The notes below the pieces were generated by a model. It was not told the DNA's origin. It did no database searches and worked only from the letters and a program-made list of their open reading frames with translations. 49,256 nt of DNA from an uncultured Candidatus Peribacteria bacterium (GTDB lineage Bacteria; Patescibacteriota; Gracilibacteria; Peribacterales; Peribacteraceae), in NCBI GenBank assembly GCA_964448615.1, contig CAYUWH010000001.1, forward strand, positions 54,146-103,401. The letters are read 5' to 3'. The position numbers and the translations under genes were made by a program. Positions 39,264 through 48,300 of the stretch are shown here, in pieces. Each line of letters opens with the position of its first letter. Positions within the stretch are counted from its first letter, which is position 1.

Positions 39264-39734
39264 ATGCATCAGCAGCAGAAGAAAGCGCCGATCAGGGTGA
39301 GCATTCGACCGATGATCCGGCGCGATATCCCAAGGCTCTTAGAGATTGAGAGCGTGTGTTTTGAGCACCCGTGGCAGGAGAAGGATTTTTTATTCTGCTT
39401 GCGTCAGCGCAACTGCAACGGAATCGTGGCAGAAGACGAAAATTTTTTTGTGATCGGATACATGCTCTTCAATACCTCGAAACTTCGTTGCAACCTCCTC
39501 AATATCGCTGTCGATCCCAGATTTCAGCGTCGCGGTGTGGGCACCAAAATGTTATGCTGGCTGCAGGGCAAGATCGGAGAGGGGCGCTGGTGCGCGTTAC
39601 GATGTGATGTTTGGGAGACGAATCTCGGCACGCAGCTCTTCCTGAAGGGCTTGGGATTTGAGGCTGTGAGAATTTTGCGCAACCAGTACGATGATACCGA
39701 TCAGGATACGTTTCGGTTCGAATATTCTCTCTGA
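39264..39734 (+). CDS. GNAT N-acetyltransferase, RimI-like
   Basis: It reads IRPM...DIPRLLEIE..CFEHPW....F, and has the acetyl-CoA motif VDPRFQRRGVGTKML. The start is chosen at the ATG at 39264. Confidence 0.8.
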   Translation: MHQQQKKAPIRVSIRPMIRRDIPRLLEIESVCFEHPWQEKDFLFCLRQRNCNGIVAEDENFFVIGYMLFNTSKLRCNLLNIAVDPRFQRRGVGTKMLCWLQGKIGEGRWCALRCDVWETNLGTQLFLKGLGFEAVRILRNQYDDTDQDTFRFEYSL

Positions 39735-39757
39735 AGACAGTGGCAATTTTTTGCCAA

Positions 39758-39795
39758 AGACCCCTGCACTATTCGGATGCAGGGGTCTTTTTTTG
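39758..39795 (+). terminator. rho-independent terminator
   Basis: The stem AGACCCCTGCA/TGCAGGGGTCT is followed by TTTTTTT. A small hairpin TGGCAA-TTTT-TTGCCA precedes it at 39741-56. Confidence 0.8.
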
Positions 39796-39848
39796 TAGCA
39801 CGGGTGCCTCGTTATTTCTTTCCTGCTTCACTCCAGTATTCTTTCCCC

Positions 39849-41525
39849 ATGTTCTCTGTCCGTTCGCGCGATACGGCGCTCGGCATCATCCTTGCCCTTG
39901 GCGTGAGCGTTGTTCTCAATTTGCCGCTGTGGCATGCGTTGATCATCACTGACGAAGCGCGAAGGCCCGACGTCATCAGTGAGAGTTCGGATGAAGAGTT
40001 TTATCTCACACGCATTCGGGAGGTTGCAGATGGACACACACGTGCGGGACATCCGTATCTCTACGAGCGGCGCGATCAGGCGTACCCACTCGGGAATTTT
40101 TGGGAAGTGATCGTGAGCAGCCCCATGCGCTTGGGATTCTCTCTGAAAACGACGTCGCTCATGACCGATGCGGTGTTTCCATTCCTCCTGGCATTGCTGC
40201 TTTGGATCGCGGTCCGGCCGATTCTGCCGCAACGGCGCTGGAGGACGCTCTTGATCTTCACCCTCTTCCTCGGGTGGGAACTCTTTTGGTGGAAGCGTCC
40301 GATCAGTCCGCAGGCGACCATGGTTTTACCATTGCTCTATTTCTGGGCATTTTTTCATCTCAAAAGAGAAACACTTTGGCTCACCATTATCCGTAGTGCG
40401 CTCATTGGCCTGATGATTCATTCCTACTCGTTTCACTGGACGTACTGTCTGGGTGCGGAAGGACTTCTGACGTTGTTGCTTCTGGCAACGGATGAAACCT
40501 GGGCCATGCGCCTCAAGCGCGTTGCAGCTGCTGCCATTCCTTTTCTCCTCATTGCATCGCCGTGGATTCTCATGATGCTTTCCCTGCACGGAAATGTGGA
40601 ATACGCCCAAACGCTCGAGCGTCTCGGCATGCTGCGTCGTCGCTTTCCAGCGGGCATTGTGCTGCAACTCTTCATTCTTGGTGCAGGGCTTCTGACACTC
40701 CTCGCGAGACGTACTTCCCGTGATAAAGACACATCTACGGGATTATTCGTGTTGCTTGGCGCGGGGCTCGTCATGCTTAATCAAATGCTGATCACGGGGC
40801 AGGAAGCGGAGTTCTCAAGCCACTATCGACAGATCATCTTCTTCCCTTTGTGGATTGCGGTGATATGGTCGTGTTCAATTCTGCTGCGATCACAGGTCAT
40901 TCTTTCGCGCGTGATTCCTGTGGTTGCCTTGATCGTCGTCGGTGTGCAAACAGTGCGGGCTACTCAACAACACTGGATTGGATTCGAGGAGAAGCGAAGC
41001 GATGCCATCGTGCGTGAAACCCGGATGGAATGGATGGGTGCTCTCAATACAATTCCGGGGCAGCAGGTCGTTCTGACCGATGAATTCGTCGCGCATGACC
41101 TGACCGTCTATACGTCGCATTATCCGTTCTTCATGAGTGAGACGCATTTGTATTTGATGGATAATGACACACTGATGAGACGCCTTGCGGTCCAGCGCGC
41201 GCTTGTTCCGGACTTTGTCTATGGATCTCGCGCGCTCGTCGGTGCATCCGCTTTGAACCAGGCTTTGCACGCGCAGACGCTTTGCAGAATACAGTTGCTG
41301 CTATTCATGCGTCATGAGCCTTGTGCGTACAAGCCCGAGGATTTTCTTCCGGAGCGTTGGCACTATGTGATGAATGTGAACCCGACGGATACGGAGATCC
41401 TGAATACGTTGAAAGATGCACATGTCACGCAGGTGATGCTGAAAAAAATTCCTGCAGTCATTCAACCGTTTATAAAAAACCAACGGCGGGTCGGAGGGTA
41501 CGCGCTGGCGGATGTTGTGTGGTGA
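39849..41525 (+). CDS. polytopic membrane protein (possible GT-C-like glycosyltransferase), function unknown
   Basis: It has about 10 or more hydrophobic helices followed by a soluble C-terminal domain. The start is placed downstream of the terminator that sits inside the longer ORF-track version. Confidence 0.65.
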   Translation: MFSVRSRDTALGIILALGVSVVLNLPLWHALIITDEARRPDVISESSDEEFYLTRIREVADGHTRAGHPYLYERRDQAYPLGNFWEVIVSSPMRLGFSLKTTSLMTDAVFPFLLALLLWIAVRPILPQRRWRTLLIFTLFLGWELFWWKRPISPQATMVLPLLYFWAFFHLKRETLWLTIIRSALIGLMIHSYSFHWTYCLGAEGLLTLLLLATDETWAMRLKRVAAAAIPFLLIASPWILMMLSLHGNVEYAQTLERLGMLRRRFPAGIVLQLFILGAGLLTLLARRTSRDKDTSTGLFVLLGAGLVMLNQMLITGQEAEFSSHYRQIIFFPLWIAVIWSCSILLRSQVILSRVIPVVALIVVGVQTVRATQQHWIGFEEKRSDAIVRETRMEWMGALNTIPGQQVVLTDEFVAHDLTVYTSHYPFFMSETHLYLMDNDTLMRRLAVQRALVPDFVYGSRALVGASALNQALHAQTLCRIQLLLFMRHEPCAYKPEDFLPERWHYVMNVNPTDTEILNTLKDAHVTQVMLKKIPAVIQPFIKNQRRVGGYALADVVW

Positions 41526-41556
41526 CATGGCTTGCCATAAGGACCGCAGGTCCGAA

Positions 41557-41642
41557 TGGTGCCGGGGAGAGGACTTGAACCTCCATGGGATTGCTCCCGC
41601 CAGCTCCTAAGGCTGGTGCGTCTGCCATTTCGCCACCCCGGC
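41557..41642 (-). tRNA. tRNA-Leu (anticodon UAG), CCA encoded
   Basis: The reverse complement is GCCGGGGTGGCGAAATGGCAGACGCACCAGCCTTAGGAGCTGGCGGGAGCAATCCCATGGAGGTTCAAGTCCTCTCCCCGGCACCA. It has a 7-bp acceptor stem and the anticodon stem CCAGC/GCTGG with loop CTTAGGA. It also has a long variable arm and a T-loop TTCAAGT. Confidence 0.9.
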
Positions 41643-41693
41643 AATTACGCAATTAAAGCTATTGTGGATGCAATGCTGCAAAGTGGCAAGCGG

Positions 41694-42536
41694 CTATTCG
41701 GACTGCGGGTCCCCGATTCCCTTCAGTTCACTGAATCGAATATGTTCCGCCTGCGCCTTGCGATCGATCGCCTTCTTTTCCGCGCGAGCGCGGTCCCTCT
41801 TTTCCTGGGCGATAGCTTCCGAGCGAAGGTGTTCCATGTTCGCATGCAGCTCCAGCTGGCGATTTCTACTCTCTGCTTCCGCCTCCGCAATGGCGCGCCT
41901 TCTGCGCATTTCTATCTCACTGTCACTGCCTTCTTTCTTGTTTTTCAGAGCGCGTTTGGCATGGAGACTCTCGGTCTCCGCCAGATCTCTTTTGCGCTTC
42001 TCTTCCGCAAGGATTGCCGCTCGCTGCCGCCTCTCCTCCTTCTCGATCGTTGCCAGTTTTTCCTTCGCCTGTTGTTCGGCATGTCGTTCCTCGCGTTGCA
42101 TAGTGTGCTCTGCCTCTTTCTTCGCTTCTTCCTCTTGATGATGCGCCGTTCTCCGCTTGGTCGCCAACCGCTGCATGACGGCATGCTCGTGTAACTCGCG
42201 AAGTCGCTGCGTGCGTTTGTCATCCTCCTCTTTCAGCTTTGCTTTTTTCTCTTCTTCTTGCCGAACTTCTTCTTGATGCTTTCTTGCGGCATCTGCTTCC
42301 GTGCGCCGTTCCTTGCGCTTCTCGGTTCGTCGTTCCCTAATATCTTCAGACTTCTGCTGCTGAATTGCCGTCTCTCCTTCGATTGCGGATTTCATCGTTG
42401 TCTCCGATACCGCTTGATCGGCTCTTCGCTTTTCCATCGCTGCTTTCTCGGTTTCGATCATTGCATTGCGTGCATCAATGATCTTTTGGATTGCCTCTTT
42501 GCGTTCATCGGGGGTGGGCATGGGGGGATTGTACAT
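41694..42536 (-). CDS. E/K/R-rich coiled-coil-like protein (280 aa)
   Basis: The ORF is highly charged and low in complexity. Long open frames on the opposite strand are composition artefacts. Confidence 0.55.
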   Translation of the reverse strand: MYNPPMPTPDERKEAIQKIIDARNAMIETEKAAMEKRRADQAVSETTMKSAIEGETAIQQQKSEDIRERRTEKRKERRTEADAARKHQEEVRQEEEKKAKLKEEDDKRTQRLRELHEHAVMQRLATKRRTAHHQEEEAKKEAEHTMQREERHAEQQAKEKLATIEKEERRQRAAILAEEKRKRDLAETESLHAKRALKNKKEGSDSEIEMRRRRAIAEAEAESRNRQLELHANMEHLRSEAIAQEKRDRARAEKKAIDRKAQAEHIRFSELKGIGDPQSE

Positions 42537-42546
42537 GACGTACTAA

Positions 42547-42573
42547 TAGAGACGCCCATGAAGGGCGTCTCTA
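42547..42573. repeat. GTAGAGACG hairpin repeat (copy 3)
   Basis: The hairpin is TAGAGACGCCC-ATGAA-GGGCGTCTCTA, followed by CATCAATGGTTT. Confidence 0.85.
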
Positions 42574-42588
42574 CATCAATGGTTTATG

Positions 42589-44355
42589 TCACAATGATTC
42601 AATCACCTTAATGCCGAGCTCTTCAATTTGTTTCGTGGGCATCTGGGACGGGGCGCCCAGCATCAAATCTTTCGCGCGTTGGTCTTTGGGATACGCGATA
42701 ACCTCGCGGATGTTGGGTTCGTTGGCGAAAATCATGACGAGGCGATCGAATCCCCACGCGATACCCGCGTGTGGCGGAGCGCCGAATTGGAAGGCGCGAA
42801 GCATGTGGCCGAATCGTCGCTCGGCGTCTTCGGCGGTGATACCGAGAATATCGAACACGCGCTTCTGGAGGGATTGCTCGTGGATGCGCACGCTGCCGCC
42901 GCCGACTTCGTAGCCGTTGAGGACAATGTCATAGGCCTGCGCTTTTGCCTTCAGCGGATCAGTGTCGATCAATGCTTCGCTCTCTTTGTTCGGGCGCGTG
43001 AAGGGGTGATGCACTGCCGCCACGCCGCCGGTCTCTTTGTCCTTCTCAAACATCGGGAAATCCGTGACCCAGAGATACGCGAAGACCTTGGGGTCGGCAA
43101 GATTTCTGCGTGTCGCAATCTCTTTGCGCACGGCGCCGAGGCTCGTACAGGCGGTTTCCCATTGGTCGGCTGTGAACAGGAGGATGTCCCCATTCTGGAG
43201 GCCGCATGCTTCGGCAATCTTGGCGCTCACATCCGGCCCCAGTTTTTCCACCGGCACACCTTCAAGTTTGCCTTCTTGCTTCTTGATCCAAGCCAAGCCT
43301 TTTGCTTCATAAATCTTCGCAACCTCGGTCAGGTCATCAATCTCCTTGCGGGAGAATGCTGCGCCTTCCGGTACGCGCAACGCCTTCACGACTCCTGCCG
43401 CCTTTACTGCATTGGCGAAGACGCCGAAACCGCAATCTTTGCAAAGGTCGGTGACATCCGTGAATGTCAGATCGTAACGAATATCCGGCTTATCGGAACC
43501 ATAGTTGTTCATCACTTCCTCAAACGTGAAGCGGGGGAACGGGGTTGTTTGAATCTTCACATCGGGACGCAGAGACTTCGTGATCTCGATCAATGCCTGT
43601 TCCGTGAGACCCATAATGTCGGAGGCCTCCACGAAGGACATCTCCACGTCGACTTGCGTGAATTCCGGCTGACGGTCTCCTCTCTGATCTTCATCGCGGA
43701 AGCAGCGCGCGATTTGCATATAGCGATCGAGACCCGCGATCATCGTCAACTGCTTCAATTGCTGTGGTGACTGAGGCAGCACATAGAAGTTTCCGTGATG
43801 CAGGCGGCTGGGCACGAGATATTCGCGTGAGCCTTCCGGCGTTCCTTTGATGAGAATCGGCGTCTCAATCTCGATGAAATCACGGTCGTAGAAGAAGCGG
43901 CGAATCTGCTGCGCCATCTGATGACGCAAAATCATATTATGGCGCATGCGGTCTCGGCGCAGGTCCAGATAGCGATAGGTCAGGCGGAGCTCTTCGTTGG
44001 GATCTTTTTCCAGATCAATCTCAAAGGGCGGCGTGAGCGCTTCGTTCAAAACCGTCAGTTTCTGTGCGACCACTTCGATGTGACCCGTGGGGTTATTGTC
44101 GCGTTCGGCTCCGGCAAGGCGCTTGCGGACGGAGCCTTCAATTTTGAGCACCCATTCCGTGCGCAACTGTTCGGCACTCGTAAAGATGTCTTTATTTTCC
44201 GGCTGGAACACGATTTGCGTGATGCCATAACGATCGCGGAGATCGATGAAGATCAAGCCGCCGTGATCGCGTCGGCGATGAACCCACCCGCAGAGGGTGG
44301 CCGGCTGGTCAGCATGGGTGGGGCGAAGTTCCCCGCAGGTGTGAGTGCGAAACAT
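42589..44355 (-). CDS. aspS: aspartate--tRNA ligase
   Basis: It has an N-terminal OB fold (GWVHRRRDHGGLIFIDLRD) and the class II motifs (FRDEDQRGDRQPEFTQ, GGGSVRIH). The length is the bacterial-type 588 aa. Confidence 0.95.
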   Translation of the reverse strand: MFRTHTCGELRPTHADQPATLCGWVHRRRDHGGLIFIDLRDRYGITQIVFQPENKDIFTSAEQLRTEWVLKIEGSVRKRLAGAERDNNPTGHIEVVAQKLTVLNEALTPPFEIDLEKDPNEELRLTYRYLDLRRDRMRHNMILRHQMAQQIRRFFYDRDFIEIETPILIKGTPEGSREYLVPSRLHHGNFYVLPQSPQQLKQLTMIAGLDRYMQIARCFRDEDQRGDRQPEFTQVDVEMSFVEASDIMGLTEQALIEITKSLRPDVKIQTTPFPRFTFEEVMNNYGSDKPDIRYDLTFTDVTDLCKDCGFGVFANAVKAAGVVKALRVPEGAAFSRKEIDDLTEVAKIYEAKGLAWIKKQEGKLEGVPVEKLGPDVSAKIAEACGLQNGDILLFTADQWETACTSLGAVRKEIATRRNLADPKVFAYLWVTDFPMFEKDKETGGVAAVHHPFTRPNKESEALIDTDPLKAKAQAYDIVLNGYEVGGGSVRIHEQSLQKRVFDILGITAEDAERRFGHMLRAFQFGAPPHAGIAWGFDRLVMIFANEPNIREVIAYPKDQRAKDLMLGAPSQMPTKQIEELGIKVIESL

Positions 44356-44400
44356 AGTAGGCGATTATAAGCAGATTTATGATTGTTTCGATAGGTGATA

Positions 44401-44429
44401 TTGACAATATATAAAAGTTAATTCATTAT
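44401..44429 (+). promoter_or_regulatory. sigma70-like promoter of second 69-aa ORF
   Basis: The promoter is TTGACA (44401-06), N17, CATTAT (44424-29). A 7-bp leader hairpin GGTGGAA/TTCCACC follows at 44436-52, then the SD AAAGGAG at 44473-79. Confidence 0.5.
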
Positions 44430-44487
44430 AACATTGGTGGAAAGGTTCCACCTCAGTTCTGTAACAGACAGCAAAGGAGTCAGAAGC

Positions 44488-44697
44488 ATGTCGATTCTGG
44501 GGTTCGTGAGCGTTGTGGTGATGCTGGTCCTGATCGGTGGCGGCTTTGTGGTGGCCCTCATGGCTGCCAAGAAGATCGCCCCGATCACCACCGATAGCGA
44601 CGTCGTCGCGACCGTCGGTGGCGGGTTCGTGCAGTTATACCTGGCGGCGCACATGGTGGTCGTGCCGCTCTTGGCCATCGCCCCGCTGATCAAGTAG
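44488..44697 (+). CDS. small hydrophobic protein (69 aa), GC-rich orphan
   Basis: A strong SD precedes the ATG. Two hydrophobic segments are present (ILGFVSVVVMLVLIGGGFVVALMAA and FVQLYLAAHMVVVPLLAIAPLI). The start is chosen at the ATG at 44488. Confidence 0.45.
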   Translation: MSILGFVSVVVMLVLIGGGFVVALMAAKKIAPITTDSDVVATVGGGFVQLYLAAHMVVVPLLAIAPLIK

Positions 44698-44756
44698 ACC
44701 CCTGCTGTCCCTGCGCGCTTCTTCAATCGAGGGAGCGCGCTTCTTCAATATTTCAT

Positions 44757-45221
44757 TTATGGATTCCTTCTCTCTTTCTCAAAGAGTTTTGTGAGTTCTT
44801 CCTTAAATTCTTCCACATCTTTGAATTCGCGGTGCACGGAAGCAAAGCGGATGTAGGCGACTTGATCGAGTTTGCGCAATTCCTTCATCACATCATTGCC
44901 GATGGTCGAAGAGAGGACTTCCGCTTTATTGGCAGCCCATTTTTCTTCGAGTTTTGTGAGGAGAGAATCAACCTGTTCCTGTGAAATAGCGCGCTTGGTG
45001 CAGGCGATCCAGATGCCGCGTTCGATTTTCGCGCGCTGATAGGGTTCGCGCGTGCCGTCGCGCTTCACGACGATCAGGGAGCTCATTTCCTGACGCTCGA
45101 AGGTGGTGAAACGGTGCGCACATTTGGGACATTCGCGCCTGCGTCGCACGGCCCTGCCTTCCTCGCTCAAACGGGAATCGATCACCGCGGTGTCCTCTGA
45201 TTTGCAATGAGGGCAATGCAT
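44757..45221 (-). CDS. nrdR: transcriptional repressor NrdR
   Basis: It reads MHCPHCKSEDTAVIDSR...CPKCAHRFTTFE, a zinc ribbon followed by an ATP-cone. The ORF-track start at 45248 reads into the adjacent repeat. Confidence 0.9.
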   Translation of the reverse strand: MHCPHCKSEDTAVIDSRLSEEGRAVRRRRECPKCAHRFTTFERQEMSSLIVVKRDGTREPYQRAKIERGIWIACTKRAISQEQVDSLLTKLEEKWAANKAEVLSSTIGNDVMKELRKLDQVAYIRFASVHREFKDVEEFKEELTKLFEKERRNP

Positions 45222-45240
45222 CGGGGGGGATTGTAGCACA

Positions 45241-45383
45241 CCCCTCATCCCCAGCCCTTCCCCCTAAGGGGGAAGGGGGCACTACCGTCAGAGTTGTAAG
45301 ATCTTGGCAAATATTTCATTCAACGAGACGATGACGTTTATTCAAGTCACCTTCTCCCTAAGGGAGAAGGTCGGGATGAGGGG
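45241..45383. mobile_element. gene-less (MITE-like) derivative of the DUF559 cassette, copy 3
   Basis: It is homologous along its length to the core of 24969-25165. It fills the dnaE-nrdR intergenic gap. Confidence 0.7.
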
Positions 45384-45398
45384 AAATAGTGGAATATT

Positions 45399-48300
45399 TT
45401 ACACCGCCGACGTTGCATGCTTTGCAATTGCCTCTTCCACCTGACGTTCCACAATCGGAGACATGGTGATGGTCAACGGTAAGGGCACGACCTGTTCGCC
45501 GATTTTTAATTGCACCTTTTCGGAACCGGGAAAGGTTTGGAAAATCGTTTTCAGATCCAGCAATAATTGTTTCGGGGCGCGGGCGGGTAATGGGATGGTG
45601 TGGATGGAGATGGATGATTCTTGTGAGGCTGAGACGCCCAATTTGGGCGTCTGTACATCAATGGTTTCGGCCGCCATGAGTGGCAGGCCGAGTTGTTTTA
45701 GAGCGTCGTTCATCGGGCATCCTTTGAGGATCCATTGTGCAATGGGCCCAAAGAAATCGTCGCCCTGGTCCGGCGTTTGGAGTTTTACCTTCTCGCCGGC
45801 GATCACGTTGCCTTCTTCGTCCGTGAGCTCGATCGCATCATCTTCCTCCAATGTTTTGCGCATGACCGAGATGCCGCGCTTCGCTTCCTCTTCGTCGAAT
45901 GTTCCGTCTTCTTTCGCGCGCTGCACCATCCCGCTCAAGCTGGAACGCTTGATCGTCTCGGCGCGCATTTGCAATTGCCCCATGCGCAAGTCGACGGTGC
46001 CGCCCACCACCAAAACCGTGTCCGGCGTTTCGATCATCGCGGCATTTTCCGCGTAGGTGCGCGGGAACAGGGTGACTTCCATTTTGCCGGTCGGATCTTC
46101 CAGCATCAGGATCGCCATCGTCTCCCCCTTTTTTGTGCGGATTTTCTTGATGCCTTCCTGAATGCCCGCGACCGTAATCTTCTTTCCCACTTCCTTCAGG
46201 GTCAAATTCCCGATCAGCTGCGCTTTTCGGGAAATATACTTCGTCAAACCTGCGAGCGGATGGCTCGAGACATACATGCCGAGCGTCTCTTTCTCCCACT
46301 GCAATTTCTGCGCGGGGGTGGCGGGAGGTGTGTGCGGAAACTCGATCGTCGTCGTCTCGATGGCGGAGCCAAGCATGCCGAACATGTCGGTTTGCTCCGA
46401 CGCGCTTTCACCCGCTCCTTTGTTGTAATCCGTCACGAGCTCGTAGTGCTCCACAAGCGTGCGGCGCTCCGCGAGTGAATCAAGCCCGCCGGATTTCGCC
46501 ATCGATTCGATCAATTTTTTATTGAGGATTTTGGTAGGCAGCCTGCGCGCGAAATCTTCAATGGACACGAACCGGCCGTTTTTTTTGCGTTCCTCGATCA
46601 ACAGATCCACCGAGCTTTCTCCCACTCCTTTGACTGCGGTGAGACCGAATCGAATCGACCAACGGCCACCCTCTTCTTTTGGCGGAATGGCGGCGAATTG
46701 GCTGAACGATTCATTCACGTCCGGCGGCAATACATCGATGCCCATCGCGCGGCATTCCTCAATTTCGATCATGATACGGTCGGTGTCGTCGGCATCGGAA
46801 CTGAGCAATGACGCCATGAACTCCGCCGGGAAATTCGCTTTCAAATACGCGGTTTCATAGGCGATGCGCGCGTACCCCACCGCGTGCGATTTGTTGAAGC
46901 CGTAGCCCGCGAACGGCGTGATGACATCGTCGAAGATCTGCTCCGCCAGTTTTTGCTGATAGCCCTTCGCGACGGCGCCCTTCAAAAATTTATCGCGCTG
47001 CGCATCGAGCTCCTTCTTGATCTTTTTACCGATCGCACGGCGGAGCAAGTCGGCTTCACCGAGGCTGAAGCCCGCGAACACCTGGGCAATCTGGAGGATT
47101 TGTTCCTGATACACGCCGATGCCGTACGTGGGTTCGAGCACGGGGCGAAGATCATCATGCACATATTTCACCTCTTCCTTACCGTGCTTGCGCTTCACGT
47201 AACTGGGGATCCACTCCATCGGACCCGGACGATATAAAGACACCATAGCCGTGATATCGGCGAATTCAGTCGGCTTGAGCTGGCGGAGATAGCGGCGCAT
47301 GCCGCCGGATTCCAACTGGAACACGCCGGTTGTGTCGCCGTGTTGGAGGAGTGAAAACGTCTTTTTGTCATCGAGAGGGATATTCGTGATATCGAGCTCA
47401 ATGCCGCGCGTCGCTTTGATGATCTTCAGGCTCGTTTGAATGACCGTGAGGTTCATCAGTCCGAGGAAGTCCATTTTGAGGAGGCCCAGCGACTCGAGAG
47501 GTTTTGCCGAGAACTGCGTGATGATCACATGCTCGTCTTTCGGGGCGCGCTGGACGGCGGTGTAGTTCACCGCGGGCTTTGGCGTGATGATCACACCGCA
47601 TGCGTGCACGGAAACGTGACGCGCTTTTCCTTCGAGCTTCAAGGCGTTGTCGATGACTTTGCGGTAGAGCTCATTGCTGTTGTAGGCGGCTTTGAGTTCA
47701 TCCGTCTCGAGCGCTTCTTTGAGCTTGGTGCCGGGTTTTTCCGGAATCAGTTTCGCGAGCGTGTTCATTTCGAGGAACGGAATCCCGAAGCTGCGACCGA
47801 CGTCTTTCACGGCGGCTCTCGCCGCGAGCGTTCCGAACGTACAAATCTGCACGACGCGATCGCTTCCGTATTTTTCGCGCACGTATTCCAACACTTCATC
47901 GCGGCGGTTATCGGCGAAGTCCAAGTCGATATCAGGCATCGAGATGCGTTCCGGATTGAGGAAGCGTTCGAAGAGCAATCCGTGCGGAATCGGGTCGACG
48001 CCCGTGATACCCAGCACGTACGACACCATTGATCCCGCGGCCGATCCACGACCCGGTCCCACGGTGATGCCGCGGCGCTTCGCTTCGTTCACGAAATCCT
48101 GCACGATGAGGAAGTACCCGGAAAAGCCCACTTGCTTGATGATCTTGAGTTCGTACTCCAAACGATCAAGAAGTTCCGGTGTGCCTTCGCCGTACTTCGT
48201 TTTGAAGCCTTCTTTGCAGAGAGTGGTCAGATAGTCTTCTTCGGAGACACCTTCGGGCGTGGGGAATCGGGGAATCTGATTCTTTCCGAATTCAAACGCG

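Noticed and set aside
39777-39848. N-terminal extensions proposed by the ORF track at 39777, 25166, 44434, 45248, 39192 and 10632.
   Set aside because: Four of them read through a terminator hairpin, a repeat element, a leader hairpin or the promoter of the same gene. The 39192 start is replaced by the in-frame ATG at 39264, which fits the conserved RimI-like N-terminus. In every case an internal ATG in good context agrees with the conserved N-terminus of the family.
41556-42194. A 212-aa plus-strand ORF.
   Set aside because: It begins inside the tRNA-Leu gene on the opposite strand. It then runs antisense through the purine-rich E/K/R protein gene, so it is a composition artefact.
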